DNA of 64,000 bases from a virus, in IMG/VR virus record IMGVR_UViG_3300029922_000004; one strand, given 5' to 3'. The notes beneath the pieces are model-generated. The model was not told the DNA's origin, made no database searches, and saw nothing but the letters and a program-made list of their open reading frames with translations. A program made the translations under genes and the position numbers. Positions within the stretch are counted from its first letter, which is position 1. Every line of letters starts with the position of its first letter. Positions 18,382-25,777 of this stretch are shown here, piece after piece.

Positions 18382-18873
18382 ATGAAACTCTTTAATTTGA
18401 TTATTTTAATTCTATTGATGGGTTTTTCCTGCTTTGCTCAAACCAACGCCTTTTCTAATCTCGAACTCAAATTAGAGCAGCCCTTTACGAATCGTGAATA
18501 TACAGTGGAAGTCGGGGGTCTGTATGGTTTCTCCACTAGACAAGTCGGCGGTTTTGTAGATTTATATACACCTATTGGTGCGACAAATTCCGCGTTTGGA
18601 ATCGGTACTTCTATAGCCTACATGGGTAGTTTTTACAACGCCAATATCAACGGCAAAATCGGTGTAGAGATTCCGCGAACGAGCCTTTATGCTTATGTTG
18701 AATCAGGCGGGGGCTTGGATTTAAAAACTTCTACACTTATTAACCAAGACTTCGCTGGACTTATATATAAAAAACAATTCACCAAAAGAATACTCACGGG
18801 GGGCGTGGCTATTGGGAAAATTTCTAATTATAATGGATGGATTTTGGCATTTGGCGCGAGTTGGACTTTTTAG
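18382..18873 (+). CDS. Putative small outer-membrane beta-barrel protein
   Basis: Signal peptide, alternating hydrophobic/Gly strands, C-terminal GASWTF (terminal Phe). Confidence 0.6.
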   Translation: MKLFNLIILILLMGFSCFAQTNAFSNLELKLEQPFTNREYTVEVGGLYGFSTRQVGGFVDLYTPIGATNSAFGIGTSIAYMGSFYNANINGKIGVEIPRTSLYAYVESGGGLDLKTSTLINQDFAGLIYKKQFTKRILTGGVAIGKISNYNGWILAFGASWTF

Positions 18874-18890
18874 TTAGTGTAATTAGTTGG

Positions 18891-19778
18891 GTGAAGAAGT
18901 CGAAAACTAAATACATTCTAATAATTTCGGGAGGTGGCTGCAATGGCGAGTTACCAACACACCTAATCAAAGAAATTGAACGGGTTAGCGGTAAAAAATG
19001 TTGTGATATATTTTCGATGATTAGCGGCACTAGCATCGGGGCGATTGTCGGAGGGCTTTTATCTATTGGAATTCCTAGTCAAGACTGCCTCCAATTCTTT
19101 TCTGATAATGCTCCTGTAATTTTTCATAGAGAATGGTATGATTTCGGCTTGTTTTCTCCAAAGTATAAAGCTGGTATTATAGAAGGAATTCTTAAAGGAA
19201 AATTCGGGAACAAAACCCTCAAAGATTGCAAAACAAAATTACTTATCCCGACTTTTGACCTCGTTTCAGAAGACCCTTTCTTTTTTAAGAGTTTTGACGG
19301 CAAAGATTATCCTCTTTGGGTAGCGACTCGTGCCAGCAGCAGCGCCCCACTATATTTTCCTGCGTTCAAACACGACGGTCATGTATTTTTTGATGGTGGA
19401 TTGTTCGCGAACAACCCTGAAGTTTGCGCTTTGGCCGAAGCTGTTAAGTTGGGTTGGGATTTAAAAGACATTAAAATTCTTTCTCTAGGATGCGGCGATG
19501 TCCCCGCAAAAGATAATCCAGAGCAGTATATCAACTGCGGTGCTTTAAAAAATTTAATTAAAGTATTCTCAATTCTCTTTACGGGCGGAACAGAAGATTC
19601 AGATTATCAATGCAAACAAATCCTCGGAGACAACTATCTTTCCATTAACCCAAAAGTAAAAAATCCTCTGGGACTTGATGACACTTCTCCTAAAGCACTT
19701 CAACAACGCGACGAACTTGGCCGCGAATGGGTCAAAAACCACTTCTGGCAGATAGAAGAGTTTCTCAATTTAAAATAA
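18891..19778 (+). CDS. Patatin-like phospholipase
   Basis: ISGGGCNG Gly-loop, GTSIG nucleophile, RASSSAPLYF, FDGGLFANNP; GTG start at 18891 inferred. Confidence 0.9.
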   Translation: MKKSKTKYILIISGGGCNGELPTHLIKEIERVSGKKCCDIFSMISGTSIGAIVGGLLSIGIPSQDCLQFFSDNAPVIFHREWYDFGLFSPKYKAGIIEGILKGKFGNKTLKDCKTKLLIPTFDLVSEDPFFFKSFDGKDYPLWVATRASSSAPLYFPAFKHDGHVFFDGGLFANNPEVCALAEAVKLGWDLKDIKILSLGCGDVPAKDNPEQYINCGALKNLIKVFSILFTGGTEDSDYQCKQILGDNYLSINPKVKNPLGLDDTSPKALQQRDELGREWVKNHFWQIEEFLNLK

Positions 19779-19845
19779 TCCCCGTACTTCTACTAATAGT
19801 ACAACACCTAATCAGGTCTTAACCTAATTTTTGTGTAAATAAAGG

Positions 19846-20661
19846 ATGATTATACCTATATCGTCCGCCGAGCCAGTGTATTACATCGTGGGGATTATTA
19901 CCGCCGCCGTGACATTTATACCACTTGTATTTCATAAATTTATGAAACTTATACGGGCTATCAAATCTAAATTCCTCTATTACGAAGAAATGCAATCTAA
20001 AATTGAAAAAATCTTCCTCGAAGTCACTCCAAATCACGGAACTTCAATCAAGGACAAAATCAACAAATCTTTTGAACAGTTAGCCAAGAATACAGAATTG
20101 ACAGAAAAAATCTTCTACCGCCAAAGATGGATGTTAGATAACCAAGATGTCGCCATTTTCGAGAGTGACGCCGAAGGAAAATGTGTTTGGGCTAATACCG
20201 CGTATCTTGCCTTGGTTAAGAGGGATTTGGCATTTGTGTTGGGAGATGGATGGAAAAATATTGTAGAAAGCAATGATAGGGAGCGCGTGATACATAATTG
20301 GATTGCTTCGGTAAAAGACGGAATTAACGCCGAAGACACTTATAATATCGTAGATGGAGAGGGGAAGATAATAAAAGTATTTTGCGCGGCCTGTAAAACC
20401 GAAAAAACAGGGTACATTGCTTCTATTAGGTTGATTAACTCAACTGACGCGATTAAATACGCGATTAAAGACGCGGCTCAATTAATTACTACTGCCAGCG
20501 AAAAGGCTTCTAAAGATATTGAGATAGCGGCAGATACCGCTTCGAAAATACTTACGAAACACGCCAACGAAGCAATAGAAACACTTTCTAAACGCGCCCA
20601 GATTGCTGCTGAATTGTTGAAAACGAACGCCGAATCGTTAAAAAAAGCAAATAATTCTTGA
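19846..20661 (+). CDS. Membrane-anchored PAS-domain protein
   Basis: N-terminal TM; AIFESDAEGKCVWANTAY...LGDGWKNIVESNDRERV PAS pattern; Ala-rich helical tail. Confidence 0.8.
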   Translation: MIIPISSAEPVYYIVGIITAAVTFIPLVFHKFMKLIRAIKSKFLYYEEMQSKIEKIFLEVTPNHGTSIKDKINKSFEQLAKNTELTEKIFYRQRWMLDNQDVAIFESDAEGKCVWANTAYLALVKRDLAFVLGDGWKNIVESNDRERVIHNWIASVKDGINAEDTYNIVDGEGKIIKVFCAACKTEKTGYIASIRLINSTDAIKYAIKDAAQLITTASEKASKDIEIAADTASKILTKHANEAIETLSKRAQIAAELLKTNAESLKKANNS

Positions 20662-20686
20662 CTTTTCCCGAAAAATACCCTACTAT
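20658..20686 (+). promoter_or_regulatory. Promoter with CGAAA spacer box; ATG 5 nt downstream
   Basis: TTGACT-TTTCC-CGAAAAATACCC-TACTAT-tgggt-ATG. Confidence 0.7.
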
Positions 20687-20960
20687 TGGGTATGCCAAAG
20701 TCGTTTTTTACCCAGTTTTCAGAGTGTCGCGCCAAGTGTCTAAATAAAAAGACCAAATTTTTCTCTTTTAAAAAGAACCCCGATTTACTCCCTGCGATTC
20801 CTTCTCCCAAAATGTTCCAACTGATAAAATCAAACAAATGGCAGGGCGTGACTTTATTGAGATGTTTTAAATTCGGCGGGATTTGTTCGGGCGGGAACGT
20901 AAAGTGTCGAGCAATGCGTGGTCTTCCCGCAAGAGAAGTCGATAAAAGGTTTCAATAATT

Positions 20961-21221
20961 ATGGACAAATACAATCCCGGTCGAGCAGCGAAACGCGCGG
21001 AACTAAAACGCCGCCTAGTGGAATTCCACGGCGGGGCCTGTCAAGAGTGTGGCTACAAAAAATATTTGGGAGCTTTACAATTCCACCACAAAGACCCCGC
21101 GAAAAAGAAATTCGGCCTAGGCGAATGGCTGTGTCATAATTTTGAGATTCTGAAAGAGGAGTTTAAAAAATGTAATTTACTCTGTGCAAATTGCCACGCG
21201 GAAGAAGAGGCTGGAATATGA
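20961..21221 (+). CDS. Small HNH endonuclease
   Basis: GGACQECGY...LQFHHKDP...CNLLCANCHAE. Confidence 0.85.
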   Translation: MDKYNPGRAAKRAELKRRLVEFHGGACQECGYKKYLGALQFHHKDPAKKKFGLGEWLCHNFEILKEEFKKCNLLCANCHAEEEAGI

Positions 21222-21475
21222 GTGATAAAGAATACGCCGTCGAATACGCGAAAGATAACGTCAAAAACGCGGAATCACGCCTTCGCGAAGCTAAGAAAAA
21301 TTTGGAAGAGGGGTATAAAAAGTCCCAAGCACAAGTTGAACAGGCTAAGTCCGATGCAGAACGCGAATATACGCGACTCAAGGAAGAAGTCACCCGCGCC
21401 CAAAATTCAGTTGATATTAATAACAAATATTTACAATCCCGCGAGGCTGACTTAGAGAATGGTTTTGACAAATAA
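21218..21475 (+). CDS. Small coiled-coil hypothetical protein
   Basis: ATGA overlap with HNH stop; heptad-like composition. Confidence 0.6.
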   Translation: MSDKEYAVEYAKDNVKNAESRLREAKKNLEEGYKKSQAQVEQAKSDAEREYTRLKEEVTRAQNSVDINNKYLQSREADLENGFDK

Positions 21476-22002
21476 TTTATGAGAACCCAACAAGACGAAC
21501 AAATTTCGGAAATTCTCGATGATATCCGCGACGAACTTGAAAACGCCAATAGCCACAACCAAGTAAATTTACCTTGGGATTTTTATAATGCAGTCCGGCA
21601 TTTGGTAAAAGAGGAGGACAGGGTGGAACTTATGGCAAAGAAGTGATTTTTACAAATACTCAATGTAAATTAATTTATTTAAATAATTTTAAAATAGAAG
21701 AGCAATAGTATCGTGTAAATATGAGAAATGTCCCTCTCATTTACCCTCAACCAAATAGAATATTTTATTGAGTTTCTAGAAAATGGCAAGATACAATTTT
21801 ACTCCTTTACCCTCCAAAAAGTGGTTGCGTGTTATCCCATCAACATCGCTCGCGAGGATTTCGCACAATGGCCGGAGGAGATAAGAGAAGGAATAAAGGG
21901 ATTTTTGTGGTTGAAATGATTGAATTTGTTAAGGAAAATGAGAAAATTGAAATATTTGAATTATTTGCTTGTTATTTTGTGAAGTTCAGTGTAAGATATA
22001 AC

Positions 22003-22520
22003 AGTTAAATGAAATTTAGTACGACAATTAGTATGCAGCGCGAACCCCTCATAAAGGGTTATTCGCCGTCATTACAACATAATTGTTGGGCGGGGGATAG
22101 AAAATAAATGGGTGACTAGGATTTAGAGAAAATAAGTAATAGTCGCCCTCGAAAAGAAGTTTTCGGGGATTTTTAGTTTTTGGGTAGTTTTTTCTGATAA
22201 AAGCTGCAAGATGGAATAAAATCCGTGAAATTCGGACGTAGAGGCAGAGTGTCAAATCACAGAGCCGGTAGCAGTCGGACTCTCGAAGCAGCACTGACTA
22301 TCACCAACGAGAGGTCATTATGATGGGTTGAAAGACTTGTTGTTTTTGAATTTAATTTTTAATTTTGCGGAGATGATGTAAATGGGTAAACATAGAAAAT
22401 TCCAAACTTTCCTATCAGGACTCCCAAGCCTGTCTCCGCGCCATTTTATATCTGAAAAATAAGGGTAAGTTATCATTGTTAATGAGTGAAGAGAAATTCC
22501 GCTTATCAAACTTTTTCTTG
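22003..22520 (+). ncRNA. Candidate large structured RNA upstream of the tRNA array
   Basis: TTGTTA-17-TAAGAT promoter ending near 21996; multiple stems; no credible plus-strand ORF. Confidence 0.3.
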
Positions 22521-22525
22521 AATTT

Positions 22526-22604
22526 GGGGAATGGGATTGCCTTGGCGTGGTCGCCGCACTTGCAATGCGAATACAGACGAGTTCGACGCTCGTATTCTCC
22601 ACCA
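22526..22604 (+). tRNA. tRNA-Ala (TGC)
   Basis: GGGGAAT/ATTCTCC acceptor with G3:U70, A73, CCA; anticodon loop CT-TGC-AA; T-arm ACGAG-TTCGACG-CTCGT. Confidence 0.88.
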
Positions 22605-22605
22605 T

Positions 22606-22690
22606 CGTAGTTTGAGATAGCGGCAATTCTAGTACGCTGTAAACGTACCGCCTTCGGGCTTCACTCGTTCGAGTCGAGTAACTACGACCA
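22606..22690 (+). tRNA. tRNA-Tyr (GTA) with C1:G72 and long variable arm
   Basis: CGTAGTT/AACTACG-A-CCA; GTACG-CT-GTA-AA-CGTAC; GCC-TTCG-GGC variable arm; ACTCG-TTCGAGT-CGAGT. Confidence 0.9.
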
Positions 22691-22747
22691 CTTTTCGCAA
22701 GAGGATAGAATCGCTTGCCCGACGCAAGGAATTGCGTCTCTCTTTTA

Positions 22748-22824
22748 TCAGGTGCGTATAATAACGGCTAATTTCTCAGTTTGTGAAACTGACTAACCGA
22801 GGTCGGCACTCGGCCACCTGACCA
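22748..22824 (+). tRNA. tRNA-His (GTG), atypical
   Basis: TCAGGTG/CACCTGA-CCA; TCAGT-TT-GTG-AA-ACTGA; T-loop GTCGGCA; U-1:A73 instead of G-1:C73. Confidence 0.8.
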
Positions 22825-22939
22825 TTTAAAATTTGTCGCATGGTTGCGGTACGACAAAGCGGAGAAGTAAGTTAGTCGCGGTGAGAGGTTTACTGGTTTA
22901 GTCCCAGAAAAATCAGCGATTTCCGGTGTAATTCTTCCT

Positions 22940-23080
22940 ATGGAATATACGCCCAATACCCCCGAACAAAACGCGGAATATTTTGAAAGCCAAGACCATA
23001 AGACATGGCAGAAATTGGCCGGATTAAACGACTACTCCCCCGATGGGATTCAGGAAACTGAACCACACTACGCAGAATGA
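22940..23080 (+). pseudogene. N-terminal fragment of a 2H phosphoesterase (Acb1/T4 57B-like)
   Basis: MEYTP...DYSPDGIQETEPHYAE*; ETEPH resembles the first 2H motif; stop overlaps the ATG of 23077. Confidence 0.55.
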
Positions 23081-23514
23081 GGGCTGAGAAAACTCGGCTG
23101 ATACATGCTGGCTCCGATGACGATTGGAAATGGGGTGATTTAGTTTACGGGTTTTTAATGGCCGACTTTAAAACACAACCGCTCGAAAGTTTTTTAGAGA
23201 ATCAGGAGAGTTTAAACTTCACGCTGGGAGTAGTTAGCCGTTTTGAATGTCCTGATTACGACGTTTTGAAAATCGAGTCAAATTGTGACGCCGCGCAGCA
23301 GTTACATTATAATTTAAAAAATAATTTCCGCGATTCGATAGCGACCAGTTTTCCGATTTATCACCCACATTGTACGCTTGGTTACGTTAAAAAAGGCGCA
23401 CACCCAGAATTAGATGGGCATTCGGCCTTCGCGGGGAAGAAGTTTTCTGTAAGCTCTCTTCTCTACTCCCCGCCGGATAGGGCTGGAAGAAAATATTTGA
23501 AATTAAGAAAATAA
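23077..23514 (+). CDS. C-terminal part of a 2H phosphoesterase (Acb1/T4 57B-like)
   Basis: LVYGF...FTLGVVSRFECPDYDVLKI...IYHPHCTLGYVKKG (second HxT motif). Confidence 0.7.
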   Translation: MRAEKTRLIHAGSDDDWKWGDLVYGFLMADFKTQPLESFLENQESLNFTLGVVSRFECPDYDVLKIESNCDAAQQLHYNLKNNFRDSIATSFPIYHPHCTLGYVKKGAHPELDGHSAFAGKKFSVSSLLYSPPDRAGRKYLKLRK

Positions 23515-23529
23515 GTGTAATATAATCGT

Positions 23530-23919
23530 ATGGAAATCTCAACCGCGAAAATAATCTGTCAGTGTGATTCATGTAAGGCGACTTTGAAAAAAGACGACGG
23601 CGACCAAGATAAGTTTATCAAAGCCACTCTCGAAAATGGTCGCGGAAAGAATCAGGATTATTTCTACTGTGATGAGGAATGTTTACGGACTCATCTTAAT
23701 GCTCGCGCGAAAAGAAATCGTTCCCGCGCCTCTATTATTGAAATAGAGTTCGATATTCCCGCAAAATTAAAAGCTACAGCCTCACTCGCAAAATGTTCCA
23801 GATGTGGAACTATTGCCAACATCGCCACCCAACCAGAAATTTGCATGGGCGCGGTCAAGTGCGAAAAATGCGGCAATCCCGTAACGCAAGCAACGGCATT
23901 GGAAACTAATCCTCGATAA
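23530..23919 (+). CDS. Double zinc-finger hypothetical protein
   Basis: CQCDSC...CDEEC and CSRC...CEKC. Confidence 0.65.
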   Translation: MEISTAKIICQCDSCKATLKKDDGDQDKFIKATLENGRGKNQDYFYCDEECLRTHLNARAKRNRSRASIIEIEFDIPAKLKATASLAKCSRCGTIANIATQPEICMGAVKCEKCGNPVTQATALETNPR

Positions 23920-23926
23920 TTTTTAT

Positions 23927-24002
23927 AGATGCTTGATGTAGCGGCTCTGCATGGTTCTCTTTGAAAGAACACGTTTTGGCTCGACCCCAAAAGCATCTTC
24001 CA
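23927..24002 (+). tRNA. tRNA-Gln (TTG)
   Basis: AGATGCT/AGCATCT-T-CCA; GTTCT-CT-TTG-AA-AGAAC; TTTGG-CTCGACC-CCAAA. Confidence 0.82.
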
Positions 24003-24006
24003 TTTC

Positions 24007-24082
24007 GGACTTATGGTGAAAATGAATATCGCGCTAGGTTTCTACCCTTGAGTTTCTGGTTTAATTCCAGATAGGTCCACCA
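24007..24082 (+). tRNA. tRNA-Arg (TCT)
   Basis: GGACTTA/TAGGTCC-A-CCA; CTAGG-TT-TCT-AC-CCTTG; TCTGG-TTTAATT-CCAGA. Confidence 0.85.
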
Positions 24083-24134
24083 TTTGCACCAATTTCTCCT
24101 TGACAAATCCCGAAAACTCCTTTACTATTGAATT

Positions 24135-24281
24135 ATGAAAGAAACAGCAACAGAACTTGAATATTTGTCGTGGTTCCGCTGTAACGCCGATTTCGGCCCC
24201 GCCGACCAAGATGTAATTGATGACATGAATCGCCAGTTCAAAGAGGAAACTGGCAAGGAACTCCCAGAAGGATGGGAATGA
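24135..24281 (+). CDS. 48-aa hypothetical protein (MKETATELEYLSWFRCNADFGPAD...) under a leaderless-type promoter
   Basis: Translated by hand; TTGACA 24100, TACTAT 24123, ATG 6 nt downstream. Confidence 0.55.
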   Translation: MKETATELEYLSWFRCNADFGPADQDVIDDMNRQFKEETGKELPEGWE

Positions 24282-24285
24282 TTTA

Positions 24286-24366
24286 CAACGAGTGACCTTA
24301 TTGCGAACGGCACAGCATACGGATTTAAACCCCGTGGTTTTGGGAGTCCGAGTCTCCTCTCGTTGA
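24286..24366 (+). tRNA. tRNA-like element, anticodon TAA (Leu), atypical or pseudo
   Basis: Perfect CAACGAG/CTCGTTG acceptor plus A73; ACGGA-TT-TAA-AC-CCCGT; GGGAG-TCCGAGT-CTCCT; over-long linker before the D arm, no long variable arm, no CCA. Confidence 0.5.
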
Positions 24367-24371
24367 CTTTT

Positions 24372-24460
24372 GGAAAATGAACCAAGCAGGGTCTTGGAAC
24401 GCATTGCTAATGCGATTGCTCCTTAACTGGGGTTGCCTTCGAGTGGTACTTTTTCCGCCA
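24372..24460 (+). tRNA. tRNA-Ser (GCT)
   Basis: GGAAAAT/TTTTTCC-G-CCA; CGCA-TT-GCT-AA-TGCG; long variable arm GCTCC/GGGGT; TTCGAGT loop closed by C:G. Confidence 0.8.
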
Positions 24461-24503
24461 TCTTTTTTCTTGACATTCCACGAAACTTCTGGTAAAGTTG
24501 GGT

Positions 24504-24689
24504 ATGGAATATCTCAAACACTCCGACCTCCACTTGGTTAAACCGCGCTTTCGTCACCTCGTCGAAGATTCTTGGCGGGCGGGGCATGAAGTTCCCTACG
24601 GCGTCATCTATTTGAGTGACAAGCCCCTTTGCCAAAAAGAGATAAAACACGCAAAGAAAATTATTAAAAAATATAAAATTTCGGACTAA
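24504..24689 (+). CDS. Small hypothetical protein
   Basis: ATG 5 nt after TAAAGT -10 box of a TTGACA promoter. Confidence 0.5.
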   Translation: MEYLKHSDLHLVKPRFRHLVEDSWRAGHEVPYGVIYLSDKPLCQKEIKHAKKIIKKYKISD

Positions 24690-24690
24690 T

Positions 24691-24767
24691 GGTGCTGTCG
24701 CCTAATTGGAATGGCTCTCCCGTCCTAAGGGAATACAATGCAAATTCGATTTTTGCCTGCACCACCA
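24691..24767 (+). tRNA. tRNA-Arg (CCT)
   Basis: GGTGCTG/CTGCACC-A-CCA; TCCC-GT-CCT-AA-GGGA; GCAAA-TTCGATT-TTTGC. Confidence 0.8.
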
Positions 24768-24771
24768 ATTT

Positions 24772-24865
24772 GGATAAGTTAGCCATCCGGCGATGGCCTC
24801 TGTCTTGAAAACAGGTGATTCGTGCTAATACCACGGATAGAGGTCGGCACTTTACTTATCCGCCA
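24772..24865 (+). tRNA. tRNA-Ser (TGA)
   Basis: GGATAAG/CTTATCC-G-CCA; TCTGT-CT-TGA-AA-ACAGG; long variable arm; T-loop GTCGGCA. Confidence 0.82.
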
Positions 24866-24870
24866 TTGTT

Positions 24871-24959
24871 GATTCGATAGTTCAAAAATAAAAGGGTCAT
24901 TCCCTAGAATATCTGGTCGTTATCCAGAAGATATTGGTTTAAATCCATAAGAATCGCCA
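24871..24959 (+). tRNA. tRNA-Asn (GTT)-like, degenerate, expanded D-loop
   Basis: GATTC/GAATC-G-CCA; TCTGG-TC-GTT-AT-CCAGA; D stem GTTC/GAAT enclosing an extra AGGG-TCATT-CCCT hairpin; weak T-stem. Confidence 0.5.
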
Positions 24960-24962
24960 TTT

Positions 24963-24998
24963 AATCCCACCGAATACCCTTTGGTGGGATTTTTTATC
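24963..24998 (+). terminator. Intrinsic terminator ending the tRNA array
   Basis: AATCCCACC-gaatacccttt-GGTGGGATT followed by TTTT. Confidence 0.75.
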
Positions 24999-25042
24999 TT
25001 TTTTTTGTAAAAGGTGGCTTTTTTGCGTGTAATAGATATTAC

Positions 25043-25496
25043 TATGGCAAACTCAACAACCGCATTTACGACAGGCACATCTTTTACGTTCAATCCGAAC
25101 GGGCAAATCGGCATTAATAACACCAATCCGCAATATACGCTTGACGTTTCCGGCGTGTTAAACTTGAATACTGGCGGCGGCATTAACAATTTGGGGACTT
25201 ACATCAATCCGCCCCTTATCCTTGCTTCGGGCGGGAATTTGACGGGTCTAGCTAGTAATTATTCTTACGTCGTGAGTAGTGGTTCTTTAGCTACTACTGG
25301 TTATCTACCTCCAGTTTCTCCTAGCAATCTAGGACAGGAGATTTCATTTACAAGTAAGGGCGCTGGTTTGACAATCACTGGTACCGCTGCTGGCGTTATA
25401 TTTTTCAATACTGGCGCTTTGGTCTCTGGATTTAGTATCCCCTCTGGAACAACTAGATTCGGGTTCGGGGACGGTACGCATTGGAACTTTCAATAA
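25043..25496 (+). CDS. Short Gly/Ser/Thr-rich tail-fibre-like protein
   Basis: NGQIGINNTNPQYTLDVSG repeat typical of fibre/adhesin proteins; start MANSTT inferred. Confidence 0.55.
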
Positions 25497-25519
25497 AATC
25501 CAATTAATTTCAACAAATT

Positions 25520-25556
25520 CAACCCTGCAATTCATTTTGCGGGGTTTTTGCTTTAT
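25520..25556 (+). terminator. Intrinsic terminator
   Basis: CCCTGCAA-ttcatt-TTGCGGGG followed by TTTTT. Confidence 0.6.
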
Positions 25557-25606
25557 ACGTAGAACACCCCATTTACTTCTTCCTAAGTTTGTGTTAATAT
25601 TAAACT

Positions 25607-25720
25607 ATGAAAATCAATATAACTCAACTTCTTCTCGTTCTTATCCTCGTCCTTACGGCATTGTCTCTCACTGGATGCTTCGTCGGTTTTGGTCACGGAC
25701 ACGGTGGGTTCCACCACTAG
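25607..25720 (+). CDS. 37-aa micro-lipoprotein MKINITQLLLVLILVLTALSLTG-CFVGFGHGHGGFHH
   Basis: Hand translation (below ORF-track cutoff); signal peptide with LTG-C lipobox. Confidence 0.65.
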   Translation: MKINITQLLLVLILVLTALSLTGCFVGFGHGHGGFHH

Positions 25721-25777
25721 CCGACCTGATAGTATAACACCCCACAATATTTCCTTGACAAAATCCTTACAATAAGA

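Noticed and set aside
22205-22285. c-di-GMP-I (GEMM) riboswitch resemblance (AAA-hairpin-GACGTAGAG...AGCCGG)
   Set aside because: Core GCAAA/GACGCAAAGC nucleotides do not match well and no coding gene follows; only an Rfam search could rescue it
22691-22747. Additional tRNA between Tyr and His (hairpins GCAAG/CTTGC and GACGCAA/TTGCGTC)
   Set aside because: No acceptor stem, T-loop or anticodon loop can be assigned; at most a processing or terminator hairpin
23069-23140. T4 gene 60-style ribosomal bypass across the 2H phosphoesterase interruption
   Set aside because: The only nearby GAA matching the take-off codon (23127) is not in the downstream reading frame
24286-24366. Ochre-suppressor (UUA anticodon) reading of the tRNA-like element
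   Set aside because: It needs an A32 loop register and a worse stem; the TT-TAA-AC register matches normal Leu(UAA) loops
22049-24650. Minus-strand ORF-track entries over the tRNA locus (22049, 22318, 22768, 24042, 24125, 24423)
   Set aside because: Antisense to tRNAs or structured RNA, no motifs, no start context
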